Assembly (NCBI RefSeq): GCF_000002075.1
Contig: NW_004797352.1
Location: 537,117-601,116, forward strand
Length of the DNA: 64,000 bases
Reading direction: 5' to 3'
Source of the DNA: Aplysia californica
Taxonomy: Eukaryota
Part shown: piece by piece, positions 53,026 through 64,000 of the stretch
Layout of the letters: every line of letters starts with the position of its first letter
Position numbering within the stretch: the stretch's first letter is position 1
Notes under the pieces: model-generated
Databases searched by the model: none
What the model was told of the DNA's origin: nothing
The model's input: only the letters and a program-made list of their open reading frames with translations
Position numbers and translations under genes: made by a program

Positions 53026-54843
53026 CAAGGAGCTTAGAACTAATGGAGCCTCCTCTCTCTCTTCGCGGCGCTACGAGCAGTACGCCGCGGTGGGGATCAA
53101 ATATGGCCACCGACTGTGGGCTAAATTACGAATTGTGGCGTTTCTTTTTATAGAATCTTATCGGGCTGGGCCACGTTGTGGGGGTGNNNNNNNNNNNNNN
53201 NNNNNNNNNNNNNNNNNNNNNNNNNNNNNNNNNNNNNNNNNNNNNNNNNNNNNNNNNNNNNNNNNNNNNNNNNNNNNNNNNNNNNNNNNNNNNNNNNNNN
53301 NNNNNNNNNNNNNNNNNNNNNNNNNNNNNNNNNNNNNNNNNNNNNNNNNNNNNNNNNNNNNNNNNNNNNNNNNNNNNNNNNNNNNNNNNNNNNNNNNNNN
53401 NNNNNNNNNNNNNNNNNNNNNNNNNNNNNNNNNNNNNNNNNNNNNNNNNNNNNNNNNNNNNNNNNNNNNNNNNNNNNNNNNNNNNNNNNNNNNNNNNNNN
53501 NNNNNNNNNNNNNNNNNNNNNNNNNNNNNNNNNNNNNNNNNNNNNNNNNNNNNNNNNNNNNNNNNNNNNNNNNNNNNNNNNNNNNNNNNNNNNNNNNNNN
53601 NNNNNNNNNNNNNNNNNNNNNNNNNNNNNNNNNNNNNNNNNNNNNNNNNNNNNNNNNNNNNNNNNNNNNNNNNNNNNNNNNNNNNNNNNNNNNNNNNNNN
53701 NNNNNNNNNNNNNNNNNNNNNNNNNNNNNNNNNNNNNNNNNNNNNNNNNTATGTCTTGGTCTATAAATAATATTATTGATCACAATAATTTTGTTTCCTG
53801 GTTTTCACAAAGTGGAGCGCACAATGATTTCAAATATTTAAAAAAAAGAGATAACAGCACCCTTGGAGGTGTGATCGCATGCATGAGCGTGGATGACCTT
53901 TGAAGGGTTTTTTTTTCCGTAAAGTATGATATGGAGAGCAGCGCTTTTAGTCCCTTATTACACTCCAGTGGGGGAAAATTTATCTTAGTGATGACTCTTG
54001 TGAAGTAAAATTTGTTGTTGCTTTGTTTGGTTTATTTTTTAACAGCAGAATCTTAAGTGAACCGGAATTATTGATTGTGGGATCTTAGGTGAATACTACA
54101 ACAATAGAATTAAAACGAGTATAGTTCTATCTAACAAGACTCAAACTCTTATCCACCCCACCCTACCCTCTCCCCTCATCTGATATGGTTTGGTGTTTCT
54201 TTAAAATAGAAAATATTCATCATTATTGTTGTTGATTTCATGTTCTAATGGAGCCTCTAGATATCTACATTTAGACTACAGTAGCATCTAATTTGCACAC
54301 ACAAAGTAAAGCAATATCTTTAATTAAAATGTATAATATGTATATACATACACACACATAATAATTATATATATACACATAATAATTATATATATTTATG
54401 AATAAGAATACTTTAAAAAAATTGAGTATCTCCGTCTTTCTGCTGTGGTGTTGTATCCCTTTCAGCCTGGGTTGGCCTTGGCAGGTAGCGCCGGAGCCAG
54501 CCTCTTAATGAATATTAATGATTTAAATTGTGTTGCTGGGGGCATAGAAACACTTTCATTCAAATTTTTTAAAAAGGAAAACAACTTAACTGAAAACTTC
54601 GGTCCACTGCAGCATCATATCGGTTCTTACACTTAAATACAACACAGGTGCAAGGCATTTTTACTAATTGACTTGCCTAATCTCAAGGGCCTCAAAATAA
54701 AGCCTTCTTCCTTATCTAGATTTCAGCGCCTGAGAAGGGCATTCGTGCAGCGCAGGTAGCCCACAGTTCCGCCGCGAGAGAGGGCTCCTATCAGGCGTGC
54801 GGTGCCGCCCACAGAGCATCCTCCATTACTTTTAATCTCCTTG
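53026..54843 (+). mobile_element. Non-autonomous P-superfamily-like DNA transposon (contains an N gap)
   Basis: CA..TG termini, 23-bp TIRs matching 20/23 (CAAGGAGCTTAGAACTAATGGAG vs CAAGGAGATTAAAAGTAATGGAG), perfect 8-bp TSD AATAATAC; no transposase visible, so superfamily is inferred. Confidence 0.75.
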
Positions 54844-55991
54844 AATAATACTAAACAGCTTAGAGGAGCCAGTTTTTTTTCATCAAAACATCCCCAACTT
54901 TGACTCCAATGTGTAAATAATAAGCTGGCAAAATTAGGGACATACATCTTTGGATGACAATATCCAGTTAAAGCAAGTGTAGGCCAACGATAAAACTTTG
55001 CTTAATCCGTAATATATATATTTTTTTCTATTTCCATCAGCACACACAACACCCATGATTTGCCAACAATCTTATTTTGCTAAAAATAACATTTCTGATG
55101 GTTACCGGTACCTCACATCATTTACTCTATTTATCCATTATTTTCCAAATTCTAATACTATTTTGCGTCTCTTGTGATTCACAAACTATATTCTTAATTA
55201 CCAAACAAAGGCCTATACTAGTACTTCCATTTCCTGCCCATGTGAAAAGTATAAAATGTCTTTCAAAAGGTAAACTTGATAGTAATGTAAATTGTTTGCA
55301 TTTCTTTGATGCTCTTTTAGATTGTTTCAGTTTCACATTTAAAAAAACTCTTATTCACATTTTAGTATTTTTCTTAATTAATTAATTTTCTTTCAATTCA
55401 CTTCCAATTTTGCATGACTATAATTTATGTAGCAGCCCTATACAAAGTTACATGAGCCATTTTTTAAAGATGTATTCTTTTTAATTTTTAGGCAAAAGGC
55501 AAAGGGGAGCTAATAATCACATCTATAGATAGTCTTTATAAACTTATTCCAAAAAATATCTGGATTTAAGTTATAGCTTACTGGTAAAAACAAAGTTATT
55601 TCTACCCTTTCCTTCAAACCAATGGTTGCTAATTTTTGAAGTATTGGCTGCTAAAATTAAAAAAATTTAGAATGTCCAACAATAAAAACCTGCACTGATA
55701 TTGTAGAGGTTTGGAAACTGCCAGTGTTGAAGAAAATCAATATTATTAGGGTCCAAGTTCAGGTTGGTCATATATACCAAATAAACAGTACTACTGTACA
55801 TTTTCAACCATTAATTTATTCTCCTTCCCTTTTCCCTGTCCTTCTCAGTTAGGGCTCAGTTAATAAAGCGTCAACAGCCACAGGTAATAAGAAGAATAGA
55901 CACTTATCCTACTCCCTCCATATTGTGTTGAATCCAAAAGCCATTCCTAACAGAATTCTCTGAGCGAAAGCTTGATTAGCTGTCAGCTTAC

Positions 55992-56161
55992 CTGTGACTC
56001 AGTCAACCTTTTAAAATGCTCCTTTTTCTCCTCTTTGATTTTATAAGCCTTTCCACATTCTTTGGCAACAGACTTTGCCACTTTCTCGAACTGTGTATCA
56101 TCACTGAAAACGATCTCCACCTGAACACTCTGAGATACCACATTCAACTGTTGAGCAGACT
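55992..56161 (-). CDS. PARP14-like: PARP14/15-like exon (KH-like region), most 5' well-supported coding exon
   Basis: TTTTACAG acceptor, open frame SAQQLNVVSQSVQVEIVFSDD..HFKRLTESQ, CAG|GTAAG donor joining 52840 in phase. Confidence 0.8.
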
Positions 56162-56892
56162 CTGTAAAAACAATTACAAATATATCAAATGTAGCATCAT
56201 CATGTCTGCATCAAATACAAGACTACATGATTTCTAAAGACTTTTTATTCAGCGGGCAAGGAAATTGATATATCAAAAGTTATTAAATGTACAGACAACT
56301 AGGGATCAAGTGAGACCACTGACAAAAAATAATAAATGGGAAGGAAAGAGGGAAATGTTAATGATCCTCCTTTCGAAACCAACTTTTAATCTCATATTTA
56401 TAAACAGATGTCCTTATATATATCCTATCAACATACTGTAATTGTATCGATGTTAGGGAAGAAATGAATTAATAATAATAATAATAAATTATAGCATATA
56501 TGCTGCGCACTTCCATTAAAAAAAAAATACTCAAGGCATATTACATAAAAAAAGACATCACATCTTAAAAATCAATCGACATTGTACATAAAACACAGTA
56601 TTATGTATATTCATACGTATGTTTATATGTATAAAAACATTCTATGAGAAAAACTGTCTCGCAGTGAGCTTGGCAATGCATTCACTAAAAGTATTCAACA
56701 ATGCAATAAAAATTCACAAAGGGCCAAAATAAAATTGAAACTACAATAACTACAAACATTCATTAAAACATTTGTTCTCTATAAACAGAAAGACATTTCC
56801 ATTCTCTCTCTCTCTCCCCCTCTCTTTCTCTTTCACTCATTCTCAGTCTCCCACTCTGGCATGCACAATCATATATATATATATATATGGGG

Positions 56893-57055
56893 GCTCTCGT
56901 GGCCTAGAGGTTAAGGTGTTGGCCTCTCATTCAAAGGTCCTGGGTTCGAATCCGGGTAGCGACCATAAAATTTTCTTCTCTAAAATTGTCTCCTTTCACC
57001 TCCTTTCCAGCTCTCTAGCAATGTTCTGTTGTCTGCTTTCATTTCCACTTTCTGC
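56893..57055 (+). mobile_element. SINE family A copy cut by an N gap
   Basis: Head nearly identical to the 19695 copy. Confidence 0.85.
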
Positions 57056-57155
57056 NNNNNNNNNNNNNNNNNNNNNNNNNNNNNNNNNNNNNNNNNNNNN
57101 NNNNNNNNNNNNNNNNNNNNNNNNNNNNNNNNNNNNNNNNNNNNNNNNNNNNNNN

Positions 57156-57680
57156 TCTGGCATACAAATCGGTCACCGTTATCTCATGACTTTAGCTATT
57201 CACAAGCTCCCATTTAGCCAGGTCGTTTCGAGCTAGAATGCTTAGTCGCTCACTGGTCATCACGTACCCCTTTCGCCCGGTCCCTGTGAAGTCTAGTTTT
57301 ACTGAGGGTTGTTTCTTCTTTTCACAGCGCTCAGACCGCCGGTACTCACAGGTTCATTGACCGGTCACGAGGGCGAACCTGTCAAGACGCTTGTATAAGT
57401 TCTTTCTTTTTATTTTTTCCACAAGCGACAGCAGAGGGCAATTTTTAATATTGATTTATTTTCAAGGCGACACAGCGTTCATAATGCATAGCCTGCATGT
57501 TACAAATGTTGCGTTATCTATCAGACTATTACCGGAAAATTTCTGGGCGGTAACGAAAGCGAAAATAGATCTTGATTCTTCCTGATCGAGCCTCGGTGTC
57601 ACACATACACTTCCGCCACAGCGGTTCAATTACGTTTCCTCTTCAAGATTCTCAACCATACTATCGAGATAGCCACACAT
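57156..57680 (-). promoter_or_regulatory. Candidate promoter / first exon of the PARP gene
   Basis: Locally CpG-rich; TTACCGGAA (GAS-like, 57529), GGGCGG (57545), GAAAGCGAAA (IRF-like, 57555), CACTTCCG (ETS-like, 57608); minus-strand donors at 57351 and 57253. Confidence 0.4.
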
Positions 57681-58618
57681 TACACAGGCCCTATCCTTTC
57701 CCGACTTACCGACCCATCACAAAATTCCCGACTTTTTCCCTACCTCCCGACCTCCCGACCCATCTCAAAATTCCCGACTTTTTCCCGATTTCCCGACCTG
57801 GTGGGGACCCGGATTATAACACCTTCTTTTCAGATTTTGGCTGGATCCAAGCAGATCGGGTCAGCGGGGCCGAAGGCCCCATCGCGTCCGATGAATGCGC
57901 GGGGATTTCGGGATTATATTACGGTTATAAATGGAAGGGATGGCTCCCTATATAGAACGTATTGGTCAAAAAAGACAAAAACGGGCGGTTTGGAGTTTCT
58001 AGACTTAAAAAATGAATTGAGCGACCCCACAAAGTCCTAAAGTGTAACTTTAACTGTTCGGGAAATTAAAATGAGAACTTGAAATGCTCGTTAAGGATTG
58101 CAAAAACATATTTACGGATTGGGTCGGAACTACTTTTTGCTCCCTAAATTTAGCTGACTTGGGAACTCTCTCCGGAACTACTTCTGGTCAAATCTGTTAT
58201 TCTGTAACTGTAATAGTACCGTTAGTTAAATTAGGTCAATATTTTATGATTGTGTGAGATAGTAATTATCTGCAGTTTAACTAGCTACAATTAATCATGA
58301 AAGTTTTTTTTTTTGCATGTAATGGGTATAGAATGTTATATGCTATCAATTTGTGAAGAAAATATTCAAAGTTACATTCTTATATATGGGGAAAAACGAT
58401 CATAAGAGGAGTAAATAGAAATCAATGCATGGCTTATTAAGGCTTTGTTTATGGTACCTTATTAATGATGAGAGTTACATGACGCTAAGAGGTGCAATAT
58501 TTAGGACAATGACGCTAATCAACGCATGTAAATAGGGCAAGGGTATATAAAGCGTGAGTACCCACGCCAAGCTTTAGTTTCTGCATTGGTGCCAAGCTTT
58601 GGTTTCTGTATTCGTACC

Positions 58619-59827
58619 ATGGTGTTTACTGTGTTTGACCTTCATGTTTTGATTTCTAATAAAGCTGTTTTACGGGACTGGTTGCGTTATAATAAGTTAT
58701 TACTGGATTTTTCTGATTGTGTTTGTGACTGTGGTGCAAAGTACTGTGAATTTGCAGACAGTGGTTATCCAGAAGGATTTTGTTGGAGGTGTTCTAATAG
58801 AGTCTGCAGGAAGAAGTTTTCTATTAGGCTTGGATCCTGGTTTGAGGATTCCAAGTTGAGTTTTGAGACAATTTTAAAACTGACATATTTTTGGTGCAAC
58901 CAGTATTCCAACAAGTTGTCTGCTAGAGAAGCTCAAGTCAGTGAAAATACAGTTGTTGACTGGTTTAACTTCTGCAGGGAAGTGTGTATTGACGTATTGC
59001 AGGAGTGCGAGTATCAGAGCATAGGAGGAGAGGGTGTATTGATGGAGATTGACGAGTCTAAATTCGGTCGGAGGAAGTACAATAGGGGTAAGCGTGTTGA
59101 TGGTGTTTGGGTGTTTGGTGGGATTGAGTCGAGAGACAAAAGTAGGTGTTTTTTCAGTGTTGTGGAGAACAGGAGTGCAGACACTTTGATTCCGTTGATT
59201 CAGAAGCACATCAAGCCTGGGAGCATTATTGTTTCCGATGAATGGAAAGGATATTCAACGTTGAAGAACATTGGTTATCAACATTATACTGTGAATCACA
59301 GTAGGGAGTTCAAAAACGCGGAGACAGGCGCCCATATCAACCACATTGAGACTACTTGGAACCAACTGAAAGCTGTTAAAAAACATTCAGGTTATGCAAA
59401 AACTTTAATAAGTACGTATTTTAGTGAGTTCATTTTCAGGAGGAAATTCTTAAATGAATCAGAGGACCCTTTTTTTGTATTTATTAAAGAGGGCATCAAT
59501 GCAGCGTATTCTTTGGCGCGTGCCCGTGACAAATTGAAAAAGAAACAGGAGAGAAAGAGAAAGCAGCAGGAAGAACCAGGGAATCTGTGGGAAGACCCAA
59601 AGCGGGGTAGAAGCAGCACAGCAACTGCAACCTACACGCGGGCGGAGATAGAGGCTGCTGAGACTGCTGTGTCGTCGGATTCTGAATCTGAAGCATCCCG
59701 TTCACTTTCTGTGGTTTTGTCCATGGATGAATCAGATGAGGATGCTCCTGTTTTTGATTTGGGAGTAAAAATCGATGATGATAGCAGCAGCAAGGACAGC
59801 CTAACACCTTTTTTGGACCAAATATAA
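58619..59827 (+). CDS. Intact Merlin / ISXO2-like DDE transposase, 402 aa
   Basis: ACCATGG start, TATATAAA at 58544; Cys-rich Zn ribbon (CDC..WRC..C), EIDESKFGRRKYNRG, WVFGG, IVSDEWKGY, VNHS, NHIETTW, EFIFRR; no stops. Confidence 0.93.
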   Translation: MVFTVFDLHVLISNKAVLRDWLRYNKLLLDFSDCVCDCGAKYCEFADSGYPEGFCWRCSNRVCRKKFSIRLGSWFEDSKLSFETILKLTYFWCNQYSNKLSAREAQVSENTVVDWFNFCREVCIDVLQECEYQSIGGEGVLMEIDESKFGRRKYNRGKRVDGVWVFGGIESRDKSRCFFSVVENRSADTLIPLIQKHIKPGSIIVSDEWKGYSTLKNIGYQHYTVNHSREFKNAETGAHINHIETTWNQLKAVKKHSGYAKTLISTYFSEFIFRRKFLNESEDPFFVFIKEGINAAYSLARARDKLKKKQERKRKQQEEPGNLWEDPKRGRSSTATATYTRAEIEAAETAVSSDSESEASRSLSVVLSMDESDEDAPVFDLGVKIDDDSSSKDSLTPFLDQI

Positions 59828-59865
59828 ATGGTAAGTCCTTCCATAAGGGGAGAACTTCCGTAACG

Positions 59866-60450
59866 ACCACTATGAGACAGAGAAGAATTGAGGGCTACGG
59901 GTAGGGGCAGATCTAGGGGTAGGGGTAGGGGTAGGGTTAGGGGTATTGAGGGCTAGCGGTAGGGTTGGGGGTCGACCACTAGGGGTAGGGGTAAGGGTGG
60001 GGGTAGGGGTAAGGGTGGGGGTAGGGGTGTTGCTNNNNNNNNNNNNNNNNNNNNNNNNNNNNNNNNNNNNNNNNNNNNNNNNNNNNNNNNNNNNNNNNNN
60101 NNNNNNNNNNNNNNNNNNNNNNNNNNNNNNNNNNNNNNNNNNNNNNNNNNNNNNNNNNNNNNNNNNNNNNNNNNNNNNNNNNNNNNNNNNNNNNNNNNNN
60201 NNNNNNNNNNNNNNNNNNNNNNNNNNNNNNNNNNNNNNNNNNNNNNGCAGATCTAGGGGTAGGGGTAGGGTAGGGGTAGGTATAGGACTGGGGGTAGGGG
60301 TAGGGGTAGGGTTATTGCTAGGGGTAGGGGTATTGAGGGCTAGGGGTAGGGGCAGATCTTGGGGTAGGGGTAGGGGTAGGGTTTGCGTTAGGGGTCGACC
60401 ACTATGAGACAGAGCAGAATAGAGGGCTAGGGGTAGTGGTAGTGGAGTGG
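59866..60450 (+). repeat. G-rich (GGGGTA)n array with higher-order repeat inside Merlin
   Basis: Dozens of GGGGTA units; ACCACTATGAGACAGAG.AGAAT.GAGGGCTA recurs near 59866 and 60398; N gap inside. Confidence 0.9.
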
Positions 60451-61254
60451 AAGGTAAGTTGTGAGATATTTCATTGAGATTTAAGATGGTTAAAAGGTCG
60501 AGGTAGTTGTCATTCGAATAACCGTCAGTAAATACAAACTATGCACATTATTTGATTAAATGAGCTATTATAATGACTAGGGGCTAGGGGAGTATTCGAG
60601 TTGTAGTGATTGGTCAAACGCGCGTATGAATACTTGTTGGAGGATGTAAACAAAGATGGCGCGTGCAGGGACATTCGAGTGGATTTTTCTTATTCTTTTG
60701 TCGACTTTCGACGCAGTGGGTGCTTTTATATCGTGTTTAGAACTCAAATTATGTTTTTTGAATGGATATTGTAGAAAGCGTTTTAATTGTTAAGTGGTTA
60801 ATAGTTTTTCTTTCTCAATTTGAAGAGAAATTAACACTTTTGCTGGCGTATTAATATTTTTCCCGATTTTTCTCTATTATTTTATTGTATTGACCCGGTC
60901 TGCTTGGATTTTACCTTGCATTCAAATAAAAAGCTGCGCCTTCAGATGTTTATGGAATCTGCTCTTGGCCTGTATATTTATGATAAGATAGCTTTACTGA
61001 TTTGCTTTCACATGTTTAGTGTGTGTAATTTTTTCCGTCAAAATGTATTTTTCCCACCACCATCGCCATTTCTAACCATTGTAATGCATACTTATGTTCA
61101 AAATTAATCCTTGTTTCATGTTGTAATGTATTTCTTATTCAATTTCCTTCAATTTGATATATCATATGTTACATTTTGAGTGATGGTTATGCTTTTATAG
61201 GAAGTTATTTTGTATATAACCTGTGTAGCCGAATCGAGTCACAAGTTAATTACG

Positions 61255-63835
61255 TCTAGATCCCAAAACTACTTTGTCCGGAAAGAGTTAAAACAGAAAA
61301 CGGCAGTTTTGTATTTGATCCTTTCTTTTACGGGCAGCCAGTGTAGTTCTTTCAGAATTGGTGTTACTTGCGCTGATTTCTTTCGTTTCATTACCAATTT
61401 TGCAGCTTGATTTTGGAGTACTTGTAATTTTGATAATTTTTCGGCTGTTAAACCGGATAAAATAGCACTACAGTAATCTAGTTTCGATAAAATCAGTGTT
61501 GTTACTAATGTCTTGGCTGCTTCTTCAGTTAAATAATTTCTTCCACTGCCAATTTTCTTAAGCTGAAAATAGATACGGTACTTTTGCTGAGCTGACTAAT
61601 TTGGGAGGACAAAGACATATCTATCCAATTGCTCCCCTAGATTTTTTAAACTTCTTTTTTAACAAATGGTATGGTTATTGATTTCAATTTGTAGTTCTGA
61701 GAGATTTCTAATGGCTTTTGTATTTCCAAACAACATTATTTCAGTCTTGTCATCAATAAGTTTCAATTTATTACTGACCACCCATATTTTTAGTACTCGA
61801 ATACATTTCTCAGTGGAATCGACTAAAAGTGATATTTGATCGAAATCCATAGATTTATCAATCTGAGTGCCATCGGCATAAAGATGGTAATTCATGCCAT
61901 ATCATCTTAAAATATCAGCAATAGGTTATGTATACATTGTTAACAAAACAGGTCTAAGAACAGACCCCTGAAGAACACCAAATCTAAGCAAAACATTATC
62001 AGAACACATGCTTCCAAACACAACTGTTTGTGTTCGATCTTTGAGATATGACTCAAACCATCTCAGGACAGTACCCTTTACACCAAACGTAGTATTTAAT
62101 TTAGTCTCTCGAGTAAAATGTCATGGTCAATGGTTTCGAATGCAGCCGAAAGGTCCAAAAGAGTAAGAAGACACACCTTTCTTTCAACAATTAATTTTAA
62201 AATATCAATACAGACATTAAGCAACGCTGTCTCAGTACTATGGTGTGCCTTGTATGCTGACTGATAAACTTTGCTAAGATTATTTGCTTTAATATGCTGT
62301 AAGAGTCTGTAAGACACAACTTTTTCCAGAATTTTGGATAAGAATGAGAGATTTGAAACTGGTCTAAAATTTTAAAAATCCTTTTCATCAAGTCCAGCTT
62401 TTTCCAAAAGGGGTCAAACAGGTGCTGTCTTAAAACAATTTGGTACTGTGCCTGTGAGGAGAGAATCATTTACAATTAGGTTGATATGTGGAAGAAGTTC
62501 AGGTAAACATTTTTTTAAAAGGCTGGTGGGCATGGGGTCTAAGGTGCAAGTTTTTGATGGACTATCTAATACAATATTTTTTATTTCTTCTTTCGTTGCT
62601 GGAGTAAAATAATCGATGAACAGCCCCTTAAACTGATGGTAATTTGGGGCAATTGCGCACATTTTATCGAGCCCTTGCCTGATTGAGGTGATTTTACTAG
62701 AAAAAAGTCTGAAAAGCTGCTACAAAGTTCTGTATCGGTGCCAGGGGGTAATACTGTTCTACTTTTGTTGCCAAGCAGTTGACTAGAGATATCAAAAAGT
62801 TCCTTGCAAGTTTTAAAATTTTCAAATTTTGACAAAAAGAAAGTATACTTGGCCTTGGTGATAATTTTAGTAACAGACTTCTTCATAAAATAAATATTCC
62901 CTTATGCAGTTCAAGTCGGGTTTTGCTCCATTTTCTTCCCCTGGCCTTTTTTATTTTTTTGCAGCCTTTATTTCCAGATTAAACCACTTTCCAAAAGGAC
63001 GATGAGATCATTTTAATTTTTTAACAGGAGCATGATCATCTAAAATATTCTTCATAATGGTATTGAGGGTTTCTATGTTAATAAGGGAATTCGTAGCAAG
63101 AGCATCACGAAAGTCACATTGAAATTTGTATAAATTTATATCTTCCAGATTACGAGAATGAACTGATTTTACTTCTTTCTTTGGTCTTGTGATGTTCAAG
63201 TCAAGAATCAGAAGAAAATGATCCGAAATGTCTTTGTCCAGAATGTTTACGCTTTTCACACGTTCTTTTCAATAGGGGAGATAACCCAATCTAGGATGTG
63301 CTGACTTGTATGTGTTGGTACAGTACTTGGACGGGTTGTTTTAAATAATTTTCTGTCTGCAGGTCGCTTATATTCTTAGTGCCAGGGTCTCAGAGCCAAA
63401 ATAAAAATTAAAATCGCCAGTTATAATGAATGGTGCACTTTTGATCTTCAGAGTTGAAATTAAATTTAGAAATTCCTCCATAAAAGCGGATTATTTGATA
63501 CAATTAACTTTACTCGGTAGAGGCCTGTATATGCAGCAGATGGTAATGTTTTGGGACTGCAGCTGGAAAGACATTAAAGCAGCCTCACATGAGTGACAGG
63601 GAATCTTTTTCACAGTGTAGCTTGTGCTAAATTAGTTCTATAAATAAACGCTACTCCTCGTCCTCTACGCCCGACACAAGGAACACACTTAATTAAATAA
63701 TCAACTGGGCATATTGCTGATAAAATAGCATCATCATCTTACTCATGCAACCATGATTCTGTAATACAGAAAATATCGAGGTTCATTTCAATAATTAAAT
63801 CACTAATTTAATTCATCCGCTTTATCGGTCCCCAT
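61255..63835 (-). mobile_element. Decayed L2/CR1-group LINE ORF2
   Basis: ISDHFLL, LDPMPTSLLK, QSAYKAHHSTETALL, LLDLSAAFETIDH, HLYADGTQI (YADD mutated), LHWLPV; frameshifted. Confidence 0.9.
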
Positions 63836-64000
63836 TAGGGCTGTACCCCGGTAGCAAACCCGCTCGTGCTCACAAGCCCCTAGTTCAAGTCACAAGCCTC
63901 AAATCAGTAGGTCAAATCATCAAATCAAATCACCAGCATGATAAGTTGAGTCTAGCGCAAACTGTAACCTCCTTGGTCTAGTCTAAACTTCAAGTCCACA

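Larger units (their letters stand above)
57839..60915 (+). mobile_element. Merlin (IS1016/IS1595-related) DNA transposon
   Basis: 25-bp imperfect TIRs GG....ATCCAAGCAGA(T/C)CGGGTCA at 57839 and 60891-60915 around the transposase; no TSD found. Confidence 0.75.

Noticed and set aside
53006-53903. Long ORFs spanning N runs (also near 4736, 9199, 25503, 26683, 56772, 59946)
   Set aside because: Artefacts of translating gaps.
57346-57360. ATG AAC CT|GTGAGT as first coding exon of the PARP gene
   Set aside because: Phase 2 does not fit the phase-1 acceptor at 56161 and hits a stop; could only be a UTR exon.
58586-58618. N-terminal extension of the Merlin ORF in the track
   Set aside because: Starts at TTG inside a short duplication; the ATG at 58619 has Kozak context.
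59890-60440. Interstitial telomere
   Set aside because: Unit is GGGGTA, not TTAGGG, and it lies within the Merlin TIRs.

Overview
AT-rich, transposon-dense animal genomic DNA (invertebrate, possibly a mollusc; taxon is an inference) with several N gaps. Host genes: (1) the first coding exon of a probable NSE4/NSMCE4A gene on the minus strand at the left edge; (2) two or three plus-strand exons encoding PARP14/PARP10-type RRM-like repeats that break at a frameshift (~22.7-25.3 kb); (3) a six-exon, phase-consistent minus-strand KH-WWE-ART mono-ADP-ribosyltransferase gene (PARP14/15-like, 37665-56161, about 390 aa) with a candidate promoter carrying IRF/STAT/ETS-like motifs at ~57.2-57.7 kb. The rest is nested mobile DNA: decayed RTE and L2-type LINEs, a Gypsy LTR element, Tc1, Tigger/pogo, Kolobok and hAT elements, several MITEs, a 1.25-kb foldback, two tRNA-derived SINE families, a short TSD-flanked retroposon family, and a Merlin element with an intact transposase ORF. 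Most notable: a P-superfamily-like element with an 8-bp TSD (53026-54843) and two 34-bp sequences made of 17 nt from each of its ends, the footprint size expected from P-element 17-nt staggered cleavage. All family calls come from motif recognition by eye; no searches were run.
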